Assembly: GCA_010093705.1 (NCBI GenBank)
Contig: MU006090.1
Span: 1,976,022-2,040,021, forward strand
Length of the DNA stretch: 64,000 nt
Source: Patellaria atrata CBS 101060
Taxonomy: Eukaryota
Direction of reading: 5' to 3'
Shown: in pieces, positions 13,813 to 27,646 of the stretch
Layout of the letters: the number at the start of each line of letters is the position of its first letter
Numbering within the stretch: position 1 is the first letter of the stretch
Notes under the pieces: generated by a model
What the model saw: the letters and a program-made list of their open reading frames with translations, nothing else
What the model was told of the DNA's origin: nothing
Database searches by the model: none
Program-made: the position numbers and the translations under genes

Positions 13813-14788
13813 TTAAAGTAGGTGTAGCGGAGGGGTGCCAGGCATCGAAACAGGGGTGGTGGGATAGTTTGCGGATTCTGGCGGCGAGCCTGCCGTTGAG
13901 TGCTCAAATGAATCCGAAAGTGGCGGTGTCTAGGAACACTTATTAGCGACGTTTCTTTACACATATACTCAGTACAGATACGACCATTAAGGATCACCGC
14001 GGAACTCCGCGGCTAAAAAAGGAAGATTCTTACATGAGGGTTTGAGTCTTGATAAGCATTTGCCGCAGGGATGTCGATTCCGGCCATCGAAGCATAGCTC
14101 ATACTGAAGGGACTAACTTCCTCTTCGCCATAGTACTCATGTTTTATAGGAGCCATGCTCGGAAGACTTCCATGATATGGTGATGAAAGAGGAGGGAGAT
14201 AGGAAGTCATGACCGGGACCTCCGGCGTGCTTGCATAATAACTGGCATGTTGTTGGTATGGCGCATACGCAGGCGTCTCTGTTGATGGATATGTCGAGTA
14301 CGAAAATGGTGGCGGTGATGTGGATAGTTGCCTCGTATATTGGTGAGAGAACATTCCTCTTTCATCATGACCTGAGATGTAGTGAGAATGGTGTCCTTCA
14401 GGTGTCCGACGGCTTTGGTCCGCATGCTCCACGATAGAATGTGCTGCGTCTGGCGAACCGTGTGGAGAGTGATCCAACTCCGCAGGTCTCTGTTCCGGAG
14501 ATGCGGAATTGGAGGCTGCCCGGCGCTCGAGGTCTTCAAGCCTTTTCTTTAGCTTCTTACCTACTTCGAATTAGCATTCACTATACAGTCCCGCGTTCAG
14601 TATTACCACATACGGTAATTTCTTTGAGCGATTCGATTTTGTATTCTTCTCCTCTCCGCAAGATCTGAAATCTTGGTCCAGTCTTCATTCGGGTTTGCAC
14701 TAGCACTGAAAGCACTACTTGTACCCGAGTACCTGTGTGTGCTTTGGGCCGTGGCTTGAGGATACGAGTAACTTGCGTGTCTATTCAT
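13813..14788 (-). CDS. bZIP transcription factor
   Basis: Exons 14788-14614, 14560-14034 and 13929-13813. The spliced basic region and zipper read EDWTKISDLAERRRIQNRIAQRNYR|KKLKKRLEDLERRA, followed by a Ser/Pro/Tyr-rich C-terminus ending ...MPGTPPLHLL. Confidence 0.88.
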
Positions 14789-17700
14789 AGCTGCGGTAGT
14801 GAATAGTATGAAGAGTATGAGAATGTCGACCACCTAACAACAGCAACGGAAAGAGGGATATATACGAAGGGGGGAAAATCTGAATCTCTGGGTCTTGAAG
14901 CAATTTGACTCCTTCGGGGCCGCGTCCTGATATTTATCAGCTCCAGAAGAAGTCTCTCCGCACACATTTGAGCTCGAACCCCCTGCTAGCTCAGGTGAAA
15001 TGCAGCCTATGGTTCTGAGGTGGAAGCAGTTGCATACTGGAAAGCCCTTGTGCCTTGAGCTATGAGCCATGACCCCCCTGGTATGCCCAAGAGAGCTCAC
15101 GGCCCCATAGTAAGGGAACATTTTGCCCTGTAAAACCACCTACTGCTGTACTCGGAGTTTACAAAGAATAGCTCGGCCGTTGAAAGAACAGCCCTGCATG
15201 GGTTGTATAGCACCGAAATTGGCGCATTTCCCCCAGCTGTTGGCTTGACGGGCACGACGGGTTACCCAACTACCCATGTATGCATCACGGAGACCACGCT
15301 CACCCCATCATCCCATGCGCCTTTCTCCCTGCATCTACCGCAAATTAGCGCTTAGCAAGAATTCTTTCGAATTTGAGGTAGCGAGTCTGCTGTAAATTTG
15401 GCAGCACCTAAACCAAGAGCAACAGGGCTGCAGGGAACATCTTAAAGGAATGTCGTGGGAAGTTTGTGCGCGAGCCTTTTTTCCAGGCTGAAGCTACACT
15501 AGGACCACTTGGGACTTCAACAACATCTTTCCCTAGCGCCCCTCTTCCGTGCCCTCCAACCCCCTCCCCACCCAATTTTGTACCGCACAGTACGTCTCCC
15601 GCATCGGCATCGTGGATGATGGGATGACTTCACTTCTTCTTCTCGCATAACGCTCTGTCGGGTCCTTCCCCTCTACCTGGGGTGATTGAACCATACGAAC
15701 ACACGGCCAACTACTATCAGGGGTCGTTTTGATGCCGCTAAGATACTTTAGGGAGCATTTGCTTCCCTCGTCGTACTCTTCTTCCCAAAATGTCTTTGCT
15801 CGGAAGGGCGGTAAGCCAGGTTGTTGTACAGCAGGACTACAGTCACCAGTCACCAGTCACCATCGCCTCCCCACTTTCTCTTCCATACTTCTCCCAAGGC
15901 AACTGACGAATGCCTTTGTGGCTTTGACCGCCAAAATGCCCTAGTAAAGACAGATGGTGCTGCGGTAAGGCCTGTATACTGGCGGTCTACGGCCACAACG
16001 ATACGCAAAATTACCTTCCAAACGTACAGGTGCGAAAAATACGGCCTCCAACTCGAAACACCGCGTACGACCCCAGACCTCCATGTTGTTTGTGAGCATA
16101 TGCCACCTGATCATCACCAGCTTCGAACAACGATGTTTGTGGACTTTGATTGCTTCAAGTCAAGTCATACTTATACTACTTTTTGTTTTAGTTCATCAAG
16201 TCGGATATTCCGAACGACAGTTGCCCTTTCAAAGTTGAATCACTCGAGTTTCTCTCTTCGTAGGGCTTTATTAATTTGAAAGGATCGAGATTTCGCTTTT
16301 GTTGCAGCTATGTCTTTCGGCCCCCAGTGTTCGTTCTTGGACGCATCGCAGATATTCTACGCCGGTAATAGAACTTGCCCAGTCATTCAGATGGAGAGTT
16401 TGCAACAAGCAGTTTGAGTGCCGGAAAATGGTATTTGGATAAGGAAACTAACATGCTATCTCATGACCTGGCATGCAAACATATCTTTCTGGTACGGTGA
16501 TTGGCCGTGTACATTCACACAGGGCTGTTTCATAGAGAAATGGCTCGATCTACAAATAACGTTGCCCTAAAATTGAATATGTTCACAAATTCCTTCCCTT
16601 CCATACATATTTCCAATCGTAGAATCGCAGTACACCGCTTGGATCTGGGCTCACATGCTTGACAATATCGACAGCGCAAAGGACCTAAATTGAGGGCGCG
16701 GCGAACTCCCTCCATTCCAGGCTCTTGTAACGATCAATTGCATTCTTTCAACCATCTTTTTGGGCCATGTCCCTGTGCCCTTGTCTGGGACGAGTATCAT
16801 GCTGCGAAGTATGTTGCGATCAAGGGACAAAGACGTGCCAGGCTGCTCCCACCGGCTCAACTCCCTGCGAGCAATTTCCTATGCTGGTCTAGCCTGCAGT
16901 GACCGTCAATTTATCACTACTGGTCGCCCAACCTGAGGTGACGAAATCACAACTGGAAGCACCGACTGTAGGTGTTACGCGTAACCACAGGCCTAATACA
17001 TCTGTACGTCGTGTATATCCATTATTTTGTCATTCCGGGTTCATGAAGGCATCTCCGTTCAAGCATTTACTAGTGTAGAGATAGAATTCGAGCCTTCAGG
17101 CGCCACAGTGTGGAAGCCGACGGAACATGGCTGAGTTTTAGTACGATTGGTAAGAATCACTAAAATTACCCTTTTCGAAACAAACGACTACACCGTTCCA
17201 TCCCAGATGTTCCGATTATTCCAGATGGCCGTTATTTCTAAGTTCTTACCTCGCGAACCATCGCTCGATCGAGGGGCTGCCGCACCATAGGGACATCCAA
17301 GACGCTACGTGCTACTTTGGAGCACCAAACCCATTTAAGCGTCTGACACCGTACACCCTCCCGCCAGCCCTACGCACGAACCTGAGGATACACATATCCA
17401 GCGCTTCCCGATATCAGCACTCTGATTTCTGCCTGTCAGCACCTTGGATTGGTGAACGGTCTCCTTGCGCTTCCTCCCGTATCGTTCTAGATTGCCCCGA
17501 GTCTGGTAAGCAACCTACTACAGTACTACCCCATTCCTGAAACTCCATATGGCTAGTTAGACATTTTGACGTAATCTTTATACCTCCTCGTTGAGGCTCA
17601 GCCCGGATGCTACTTTCCACGAGATTATAGGGATTGAGCCACACTCCTCCTCTACCGATAGATTACTACATCAGCCTACTTGATATGGTCGTAGCTTCGT

Positions 17701-20700
17701 GTCATATCCACTACCAATATCGCCTTTAATATACAAATCAAAATTATGGGAAGGTTCGATAATCATATTAGAAGCGTAGAATGCATCAACATACAGTGAT
17801 ATCCACCTCCAGTCATCCTACTGGCTCTGGACCAATGCAAGACAAAATTAATATGTTCAACTATTGAGAATATAGAAACAGATATATCTCGGAGGAGTCG
17901 GTATATGTTACATAAGCTGCAAACTGTTCCCTATTACAAGTAAGCAGGGACATTTTTGGTCGTTGCTGTGCTAATCCATGCAACACATTTTCTTTCCTTG
18001 AGTCTAGCGGTCAGTAAAATTATCTTTACCTATTTTCAGTCTTTCCCCTGAATAGCAGCGCCGACCTCTCTCCATTAGTCTGTATAATGAAAACTGAATT
18101 TCATCCGTCTCTACGGATTGACTTTCTCGGGTCTAGGCCTTCCCGACCGCAGAACATTATTGGGATATTATGGGTCGGTAGGCTTTGAGGTATCTCATTT
18201 ACTCAGGAGCGCCCGGAGATCTATGGATCTTTTTTCCTCAAGGGGAATTCAACATGATGATCTCTCTCTTGTGCATACTGCGTCTAGGAACCTGAATGGT
18301 CATGTCTTTGGTCCCTAAACCATACCATATCCATCAGTTTATTCCGGTTAGTTGACTGCCATGTTAGGAGCATAAGCTGGGAAATATGGAAAGGTGTTAG
18401 GTGTTAGATGTTAAATTCTAATAGACTTAACATACTCTCTAATAAAGCAGAAAGGTAGTCACATCTACTATAAGTGGGCTATTACTAACTCTTGAAGAAC
18501 AAGAGATGGAATCTGAGCAGGATTGTATCAATGCTTACTAGAGGGGATCCCGAAACCTAACGGCAGCTAAGGCAACCGAAGCACTGGGAACCGAACGATC
18601 TGTTATTTATCGAACCTGTCATACTAAGCCATGGGATGTACCTTAAAGGCTCACCCGTGGTGAATTTGACAAGTATCACTCCCGTAGACAGGTAACTAGG
18701 TAGGTTACTTATGTAGGGCCGTACGGTCACTGGGCGATCCAGAATTCATTTCGAAACACGACGAGACTGAGAAGCAGATGCACGGATACACTGTGCAATA
18801 AAAGGTACAGTAAATTTTATGTTCTGTATGTCAAGTAGTTACTTCACGTCACCATAGCTGCTCTTTGCACTCCGTCCCAAGCATTAGATGTAACAAGCGA
18901 AGTTTTATTGTGCAAGAACACCCTCAAGCCCCAACATTCTGAGTTCCTCGAGCGAAGTCAAAGAAATGGCACTTGATTCAAGCGAACTATAGGTCAGAGA
19001 TATCAAGAACGCCTCGTATATGCCTTAGAAGCGGCTATAACGGATGGTATTATTGGTATAGCACTGTTAAGGCACCTTGGCATATGCTGCATTCATTGAT
19101 TAAAGTTCGCTTACATTCTGCTTTTTATTGGATACTAGTGATCACTATCCGGAATTCTAACTTTCTATTTTCCTTCTAGAACCAGCGTCCGTGACCTACA
19201 ACAAAGGGTCGGAATGAAGTATTAGCTCCATTTAACGGACAATCTTACGGTCTTAGGTTTTATACTAGTCTTTCTAAGCTACAAAGAAACGGGGGAATTG
19301 TGGACTTTCGATCATACCGTCATCGAAACCCGGAAAAGGTTGACGATGTGATGAGGTTCGGCGTTTCGCAACCTCTCAGAGTATATTTGGACGCTCTTCC
19401 TTATTTACGAAACACAGTCGACACGGTCATACTATCTAAGTCCTGATGGACATATTATCTAATTAAAATATGATCCTTCAAAAATTGTACAACCAATCTG
19501 AAGATACTGAGTACCACGCGAATTGGCTCAAGGGCGTATACCGTTTCCGTACTGTAGTAACAGATATTACAAAATCGTTTCCTTCCGTTATTCAGTTATT
19601 CAGTCCATCGGGTCCAGTCAGCTTGGAAGAAAGGACCATAAATGTTGGATCCTTCTGGTCTATATCCATAACGTCGTCCTCCACCTCCCAATATATCAAT
19701 CGCAAGGGATATAATAAAGCTGGAATTCTCAACCCGGTTTCAGCTCCAACGAATTACGCTGGGCGTCAACAGTTCAGCACGCCGCAGAGATAACTTTTCT
19801 CATATGGTGTAGCAGCAAACCAGATCTATCCGAGGGAAATTTTAGCCAGCCAGTGGACAAATATCCTGCTTCAAGAAGAAATGTATTTCGGTCTTGCCGA
19901 CACGGTTTCGTAGTTAGTGGATTCACTCGAGTTATCAGTGTCTCCCTACCCAAGATATTGACACAATGGAGTAAGTGCGCTCTTGATGTGTGAATGTAGC
20001 CGATGGACTGTATCGAACTTGATGAAGGTTAAAAGATACACTCGTCGTGGAACAGAAACATGTTGTTGTTGGGAGCGGAGTTCAATTTAGGCCAAATTCT
20101 AAAATTAGAACTAGACCTCCCATGCTTCTTTACCTTGCCTCGTACTGTCCTACTCAAAAAGTACTTGTACCAACAGTCACATGCAAGCATAAACCCTCCA
20201 CCCTCGTCGTGCACGCAGTATCATCATTTACAGGAAAGGCAATTGCAGCAGGATCACCGTATCCTTCTGAAATATTTCTCATGTTAAAATGTCTTGTTCC
20301 GAAATGCCCTTATTCGCATGGCTATTCTGGCAATTTTGCACACTTAAAGGATTTAGCGCCACAGCGCGCAGAACTCGAAACACGGTCAGTGCACCAGGTG
20401 CACGTTACTAAAGTTGAGTTGCGAAGTACAGAAGTTAGGATATGGGTTGTACGGAAGTTTCCAATAATGATAGCACAGATTGGAACGACCGTACAGTAGT
20501 TCTACGGCAAGGCTGTCTTGAACGCAAAGTCCCGTCTGAAGTTAAGCACGCACCCAGAGGACGAACTGGAGAAGTGAAGAAGTCCCAAGAACGCCGCAAA
20601 ATAATGGTCTTTACCCACGATTATCCCACCTGCCCCATATGGCATACGTTCAAGGTCCACGAAAAGATCCCGATGCTCGGGTCGGGTCCGCTGAGGGGTG

Positions 20701-23700
20701 ACGCCCGCTCACGAAGTCCCAGCAGAGTGGCCAAGGTACGCATTTCCCCCAGACGGCGCCTTCTGTGAATCTCTGGGGGCTTCTTCCCTCGTGGCTCCCA
20801 GCCCTATCTTCCCGGCCTTTGCGTCTCTTCCTTTCTCCCATCACCATGCGAGGTCGGCACTCTAGGCCTCTGGTTCGTTGATTCCAGAAATCATACCTTA
20901 CTGATTTATCGGTCTGGTGACCCGTAATTCCGTCTTGTGGCTTCAAACAATGACTACACGACTTTGATATGTGTTGGTGGCAGAGAGGGGCGCACTCGGG
21001 TCTTTACACGCCCTAAACGTCTGGACATGATATCAACCGCACCCGGTAAAACCCATTTACATTGACCACCTGTGACCATCTGCACATTCATCACCAAATC
21101 GGGGCAACATTATTGCTCGAGCAAGCATGAAGTATTTGACAAGGAGCTAAATGATACAGATACTGGAAATAACCGGCCTGTCTTAGGCCAAGCTCGAATG
21201 TATACGATATTGTTACGCGCGTACTGTCGTAGAGAAGGAGGGGAAATGAACGATGGGATATCGCGGCAGTGCCGCAGCGGAATCACAAATCGGGTGGTCC
21301 AAAGGGAATATTTTCCCGAGAGCGAGTGAGCGACTGTAACTCAATTCCTGAAACGAGCACGGTACACTACCTACTTTGGACCCCAGTAGTAATGGAAAAT
21401 AGGTTCGGTTTCCAGGGCTTTTACTTTTGCAAGTTGTAACATCGTTACTTTTCACCCATTCCGAGAATTGCCATGCCAGTCCTGATCCAGTGGAACAAGT
21501 ATGGTCATGTTACAGGCCAGGCACGGACATAAACTGATCCTTACCCGCTTCATTTTGTTGGTTTTGCTCGAGTTGTCTGATGGTACGAGTTAGCACATTT
21601 ACGAGTCGAAGAACATAATGTGGGTGTCACGCATAGGGCGTCTTCTCCCTCATCTGACCCCATATTTCTATCCTTCGTCAAATCTTCTCGAATAAAAAGC
21701 TTACTCATTCTATCGGTTCCCACGTTTTGACCGGCTTTTAGAGGCGGGAAAGATCAAGAAAAACGACATCGTGCAGACTTGGCTGCTGACAGTGAGACGC
21801 TTGCTTCGGAGGCTTATACCACCATGAACTCTATTACTATCACTGTAGGACTGGCTAGAGTTCTTGCAGTCAGGCCTTCCGGTCTATCCCGCTTGTACAG
21901 GGCGGAAAGCGGAGGTGATTTGCGTCTTGCGTGTATTGGACGAGAATGACCTGTCGTGCAGGATTTCCCTACGTTTGTAAGTTCTGAATAATAAGCGCTT
22001 ATACCTGTAAATCTCTCACAATAAGGTTTTCTCTATAAGTCTACTGTAAAGCATTGAGCTTTTGAATTGATCGTTTTCTGGCCCTATAGGAAACTGGAAC
22101 CGGCTCAGGTGTATCCCCTATCCAATATCGTTGTCACAGCCTCAATCGATCTCCTGATCCTCCATTTTCCTAAAACTAGTTCGTCCGAGGGCATAATAGT
22201 TCTTCAACTCCTTTACCGCCTTTCTTTATATCTCCATTTTCATCCATACATGCAGGAACGTCAAATGCATGCAGTCGTCCTATTGCTAAGCGGTCTTTTC
22301 ACAGTATATCCTACTAAGCTTGGGCCCAGTATATACCCGTTTACCTTTACACCCCCGGCATTCTGCTCAGTGACTGAGAGCATCATGAACTATAGTACAG
22401 AAGGACGGTAGGACCTAACGACTATCCAACATTCACCCGGGCCGGAATTAACATTCTCCCGAGAACGGCACGTTTCCCGAATTTTCAGGCCCCGGAGGAC
22501 TCTTATCCCCGACTCTAAGGCCTTCACAGGCCTATGTAGCCTCCACACGTTGTCGTGTTGTTCTTTATTAACCTCCTGATTCAGACCGGATATGCGACAA
22601 TTGAGGCGCAGTCGCATCGTGGTCCTAAAATGTAGCCTAGCTCGCTATCACAATCCCCTTATCAAACTCGTTGCAGTTTTACTAGAGAGCAACGAATACG
22701 TACTGTAGACCAAAGCTACTGTACGATATGTGACAGTTCCTTGTAAAATGGGGCGATTAGAACGTCCTTGGACACTCATTTTCACTCGGTCAAATGCCCG
22801 TTATGTCATCTTTTGATTCTCCGGCAACAGTAGAGCTCTACCTGTCCGGTATCGTTATGTTTCCCGTCTTTCTTCGATTGTACAGTACGGGGAAAGTTCT
22901 AGCTTTGATGGCAACCGTTGCTCTGCCTCCTCGCACAGGATTACCTTATACGATACGACCACTACCATGTGCTCAGTCTCTCATAGTATGGCACTCTTAC
23001 TTTCGCAACCTAGATCATATCCACCATCAGTTGAAATCAGAAAGTTGCTATTGGGTGAGCTTCATTATGCATGCGGCTGTTTGGAGCTGTAGTATTGGAA
23101 GCTTGACACCCCGGCACACACGCCTTACAGCTTCCCCCACTTTCAGGACGATCAACAATGTAGAAAGATCGTAAATCTATCTTCTCGCGTCTATAAATCT
23201 ACCAGGATTCAGATAGAGAGGATAAAGGGTACAATATACCTTTACTGACCGCCTCATTCTGTTTACCTTATTCCCGAACCTCTGCATGTGTCTGTCCATT
23301 GGAGCTACGGATATGTGATCTATCTCGACGGAAAGCATAGTAATGGTTGATAATCAAGTCTTTTGTGTTTAATAGTTAATTTTGAGAGATTTGACATGAA
23401 ATCAATCCATGTCTTTGAACCGAAAAATATTCATACTCATTTCAAATACCTCAAGACTAATACGGTGATTTAGCCCACTCTCGGTTCTCTATCATTGGAT
23501 CTACTTAGAATTCCACGCACTTCGGTATCGCGTAACGCTTTTGGAATCTATTGTGGCAAATGGAGAGGGTATGTCAAAGATATGGTCGGGCAGCAACGCA
23601 CACTAGGACAGTACTATCATGGTCAATGATAATTTCATTCGCAACCGCGGAGGTAGATTCTCATTCCCATATCAGTCTTGCTTTCTTCTGCTCAAGGACT

Positions 23701-24782
23701 GTCACAGTTCTCCTTGCAAGTCCCATCCGAATCCGAGCTATCTGAGAAATTTCCCTTATCAATATAGAGGATATTTCCAGCCTCTGCGAGCTGTGTTATC
23801 TGTTCTCCGGGTATGAGCTTTGCATGCTCAGAGCTTGCGTTTTCCGACTGTACGCTTTCACTACTTTGTATCCCAGGGGACTTCTGAGTTATTGTAAGGT
23901 TAGCTAGTGGACGTCTACTCCGAGTGTAGGAAGCATCTCAGAATTCAATGAATATGCGTATAGATGTACGTCTATGTGCTGCAGAAGGGTTACTGTCAGT
24001 GGCAAGACGAAAACAGTACTTATGCATATTCAACGGAAAAGTTGTAACCTCCCACAATGCGTTCTCCTTTCTAGTCAATGGAAATTGAACTGGTTCGGTA
24101 GAAAATGACACCCAGTTCATGATTCGCCGTTGAATGTAAGTAGAGATCACTTTCCTACTCCACGTCCTAGCTCGAAGACATGTGTCCCTTTTTACAGAAC
24201 CATGTAAAATTGTATACAATAATACTTCAACTCACTACCTCTATCTCTGCCATTCGCTGTAGCGATTGTACGGAACTCTTCAGGGGCATAGTACTCCATA
24301 TGTACTGCTTTAGGGCAAGTAGATGGGTTCGAAGCTGCCGGCTAAGTTGTTAATCTCCAATTCCAAGAGACTCTCCATTGTCTGAAGAATCAAGTCAGTT
24401 CTACTGCTGGTGATTGCCTGTACCGTTTTGACGTTTCTGTACAGTAGTGTCGAAGACCCCTTTAATGGTGAACGTACAACAGGCGAGAGATGCCCCTTGA
24501 CAGGAAGAAGGGATAAAGATTCACTGTACGAAATAACTGAACAATAGTACAAAGGGATACATCTCATGACGGAAAATGTGCTCTATTGAGCCATGGAATC
24601 ATAAATTTTGTATGCTGCAGTCAAACTATACTATCTATGTCTCGCAGTCCCAAGTACTTTTTCTTGCGCTACCCCATGTGGGAATTTTAAACTCATTTCT
24701 CCTAGATTCCAGAGCTATCAGATGCCTCTAACCCAAAGCCCTTACAAAATCGATGTATTAAAACCGAGGGAGCAGAAGAAAA

Positions 24783-26132
24783 TTAAGCTCCATCGCCTAC
24801 CATATCAACCTCCCGAGACTGTGGTTCCTCCCTCTCCGCGGACCCATCTAATTGTTCCTCGGGAGGTTCCACGCCAATATCCACTGGTTCCCGTTTCGGA
24901 CGTCTCGTAAACTCCTTCCTCCACCACGGTTCCTCCTTCAAGCCATCAAACTCCAGACTCTTCATCACCTTCGTGTCCTCTGCTAAGCCCTGCTTTACCT
25001 TTTCGCTCTCTTGGCCCAAACGATCAATATAACCTTTCCGCTCCATGCGCACGGCTTCCAACTCGAGCATGTTCTCCAGCACCAGCTCTTTAGCCTCCCA
25101 TTCCTCCCTACGCCTGCCCTCCAGCGCTATCAATTCCGCTTTCAAGTCCTCAGACTCGGTTTGCGCCCAATGCAACTCCCGCCGTAGTAACCTAAATAGC
25201 TCATCTGGCGCCAAAGCCCTCTCATCCTCCGTAAGTACCGGAATACCCGTACGGCCGTGCAGATAGTGCGCCATGAATGTGCTCCCGATAACCGGGACGC
25301 CGGGCTCGAAGTCTGAGTCGGTATGACTATTAGTAACAGCGGATAGAGGGTGTGCGTGCGATGGAGAAACGGGTGTGGACTTGTCTGAGCGGAGTTCACC
25401 CGCTTTGTTGAATACAAGTTTTAGCCGTTGCAGCTTGTTTGAGGGGTTTGAGGAGTGGTGTTTTGGGACGGGGTCGGAAGGGCGCAATGCTTCGGTTTCG
25501 TGAACGGTGCGCATATGTTTGGCGAGGGCGTCAGAGCGGGTAAAGGAGCGATCGCATTCTGTGGGGACTAGTTAACATTTTATGTCTTTTGTAGAGGCAG
25601 ATTTGGAGTTGGACGAACCTGGAAGAGTACAGTAAAATGGCTTCTCCCGCGTATGACTGCGCATATGAGCTCGTAATGCGTAACCACTAGCATGCGGTAT
25701 CCCTTTCCTCGAGCAATCGAGCCATTCACAGCTATATTTTTTCTGTTTCGAGCCAATGTGGTCCTCATGGAGATGATCGACAAGTTTATCCATATTCCCC
25801 ATATCCCCCATTTCGCAGCCGTCCCAGCGACATATCGTTATCTGCTCGTATGCCCCATCGTCTTCGCCAGGGTGTGAAGGAGAGCCCGGGAGCGAGCCAG
25901 AGGTATCGGACGAGACGTCTGAGAAGGTATCGGCCGCTGGCGGCGCCACTTCGATGATGGAGTCGCGGTGTTGGTATGATGACGCGCCTGTACGTTGCCG
26001 TTTGGAGGGTCGCGGGTTATCGACGTCCTGGTAGGGATCTGCGCTTGCGGAGCGGTCTTCGTGCTTAACCTCTGCTTCCTCGATGAAGTCTTCAGAGGAG
26101 AGGTCTGAGAGGGGTGAATCCGCGTCGTCCAT
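24783..26132 (-). CDS. C2H2 zinc-finger protein, INO80 complex subunit Iec1-like
   Basis: Exons 26132-25619 and 25558-24783. Three GLI-type fingers (CRWDGC..HLHEDH, CEWLDC..HMRSH, CTLPECDRSFTRSDALAKHMRTVH) and a C-terminal coiled coil (LFRLLRRELHWA...KELVLE). Confidence 0.85.
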
Positions 26133-26508
26133 GATGGCGATGTAAGATGTAAGCTAGTAGGTTGGAACGTAAAGCGGACGGGTTCAAGGAAAGTAATATC
26201 TGGAGCTCTGGTGTTGGCACGATAGGTTTCTTTAGTCTACCGTACTCATGCTCGTATTCGTCTTGAAAACTCCGAACGTCAACCAAGCAACAATTGTCAT
26301 TCCTGATCTTAGGATCCTGTACTATTGCATATATACTTGTAGAACGAAGGTTATACTGCTGGTATGGAATGACCGAATTGTAGCGCAGGTTCGTTCTACT
26401 GCGCTGGTACTGAAGCTATTATGACGGAATCAATCAATCGGACAGAATGCACAGGCGATTACAATCCCTCCCTCATTATGGTATGCCTTCATTGTTCTTT
26501 CAAATCTC

Positions 26509-26606
26509 ACGCGATGATGATCAAAAAAGAGAATTCTGCAATACGGATGGTCTCACTTTGTTGAAACCATATGTCGATCTCGCAAAACTACACTTGATCT
26601 GAGACT
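26509..26606 (+). ncRNA. Box C/D snoRNA with two guides (predicted 5.8S rRNA Gm75, U96-like, and U2 snRNA Am30)
   Basis: Box C ATGATGA 26514-26520. Guide GAATTCTGCAAT 26531-26542 before D' CGGA 26544-26547. Internal hairpin ATGGTCTCA/TGAAACCAT. C'-like ATGTCGA 26571-26577. Guide ACTACACTTGAT 26587-26598 before box D CTGA 26599-26602. Located within a GTATGC..ACTGAC..TTAG intron at 26481-26666. Confidence 0.85.
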
Positions 26607-27646
26607 TAATCTGAGCTACCTACTCTCTCTAGCATTTGATGTGTTCTTAACTGACGTGCGTGTTAGAATAGTTATGTAGATATACCCCATACGCGGACTA
26701 AAATCATCCACCTCAACAGGAATCCGAATACTGCCGTTATGCCATAGATTGCAGTATATCCCTTTAAGTCTTACTACCCATCATGTACATTGGCTCAACG
26801 CTTCAAGGTTGAAAAACTGGACTTGACAACAGTATATCATACAGACCTTGAGAATGAGGTATTGTCAAATGCGGCCGCGGTCCTTGAACAACATTAAGGA
26901 TAACATGGCACTTTGGCGTTTTAAGAGAACGTAACATCGAGTGTATAAGGGTAAAATTTCTTCCCAATTAGAGCACACTTGACTAGGGGAGAGAGGAATC
27001 TAACCAAAGATATAGCGAACTGGGCCACGAACTCTAGAAGAGCGCCAGGCGGAAATATCGTCTGCTTCTCAGCTCCCAGAACTTGTTCATTATGATGGCC
27101 AGTTTAGACTGGCTCTGCACTTGTTTCGAACGAAGGTGAAGAAACAAAGTTTAATCTCGTGGTTAGTCTAAGCTATCACTATATTGTTGTATTGATAAAT
27201 GTCAAGAAATAAACACTCAGGAAGTGAAAAGAGGCCAAAACTTATCTATCACGTGTGCTCCCCTGAACTCTTTGTAATAGTCTACGCCCCATGGTCACAC
27301 ATCGCTGAGGTGATTCAGTCTTCTTTATTCCAACAATTAGTTGTTGTGAATGTCTTAGAATTGACAAAGTACACGTGTAACTGAGAACAGACTACGAAGT
27401 AGATTGCAGACGTGGGTTGTACCTAAGTTTGACATTCACACTTCACGCTATCCACGGACGTTCCTTTAGCTTTAACGACACGCGGAAGATATTGTTGTTT
27501 CATAACAAACTCTCTCCACAAATATCGCATCGCTTCGAAGATCTCTTCTCTTCAATCTCAAAACAATCTTTAAATCTTCCGAGTCAAGATTCACGTAATA
27601 ATATATTCATCAGGCCCCATAACTTTGCCATAATCTCAAAATAGCT

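Noticed and set aside
14013..14033. bZIP ending at ...PHVRIFLF
   Set aside because: GTAAGA donor at 14033 and a good branch point and acceptor at 13930 give a plausible third exon; no evidence here for regulated retention.
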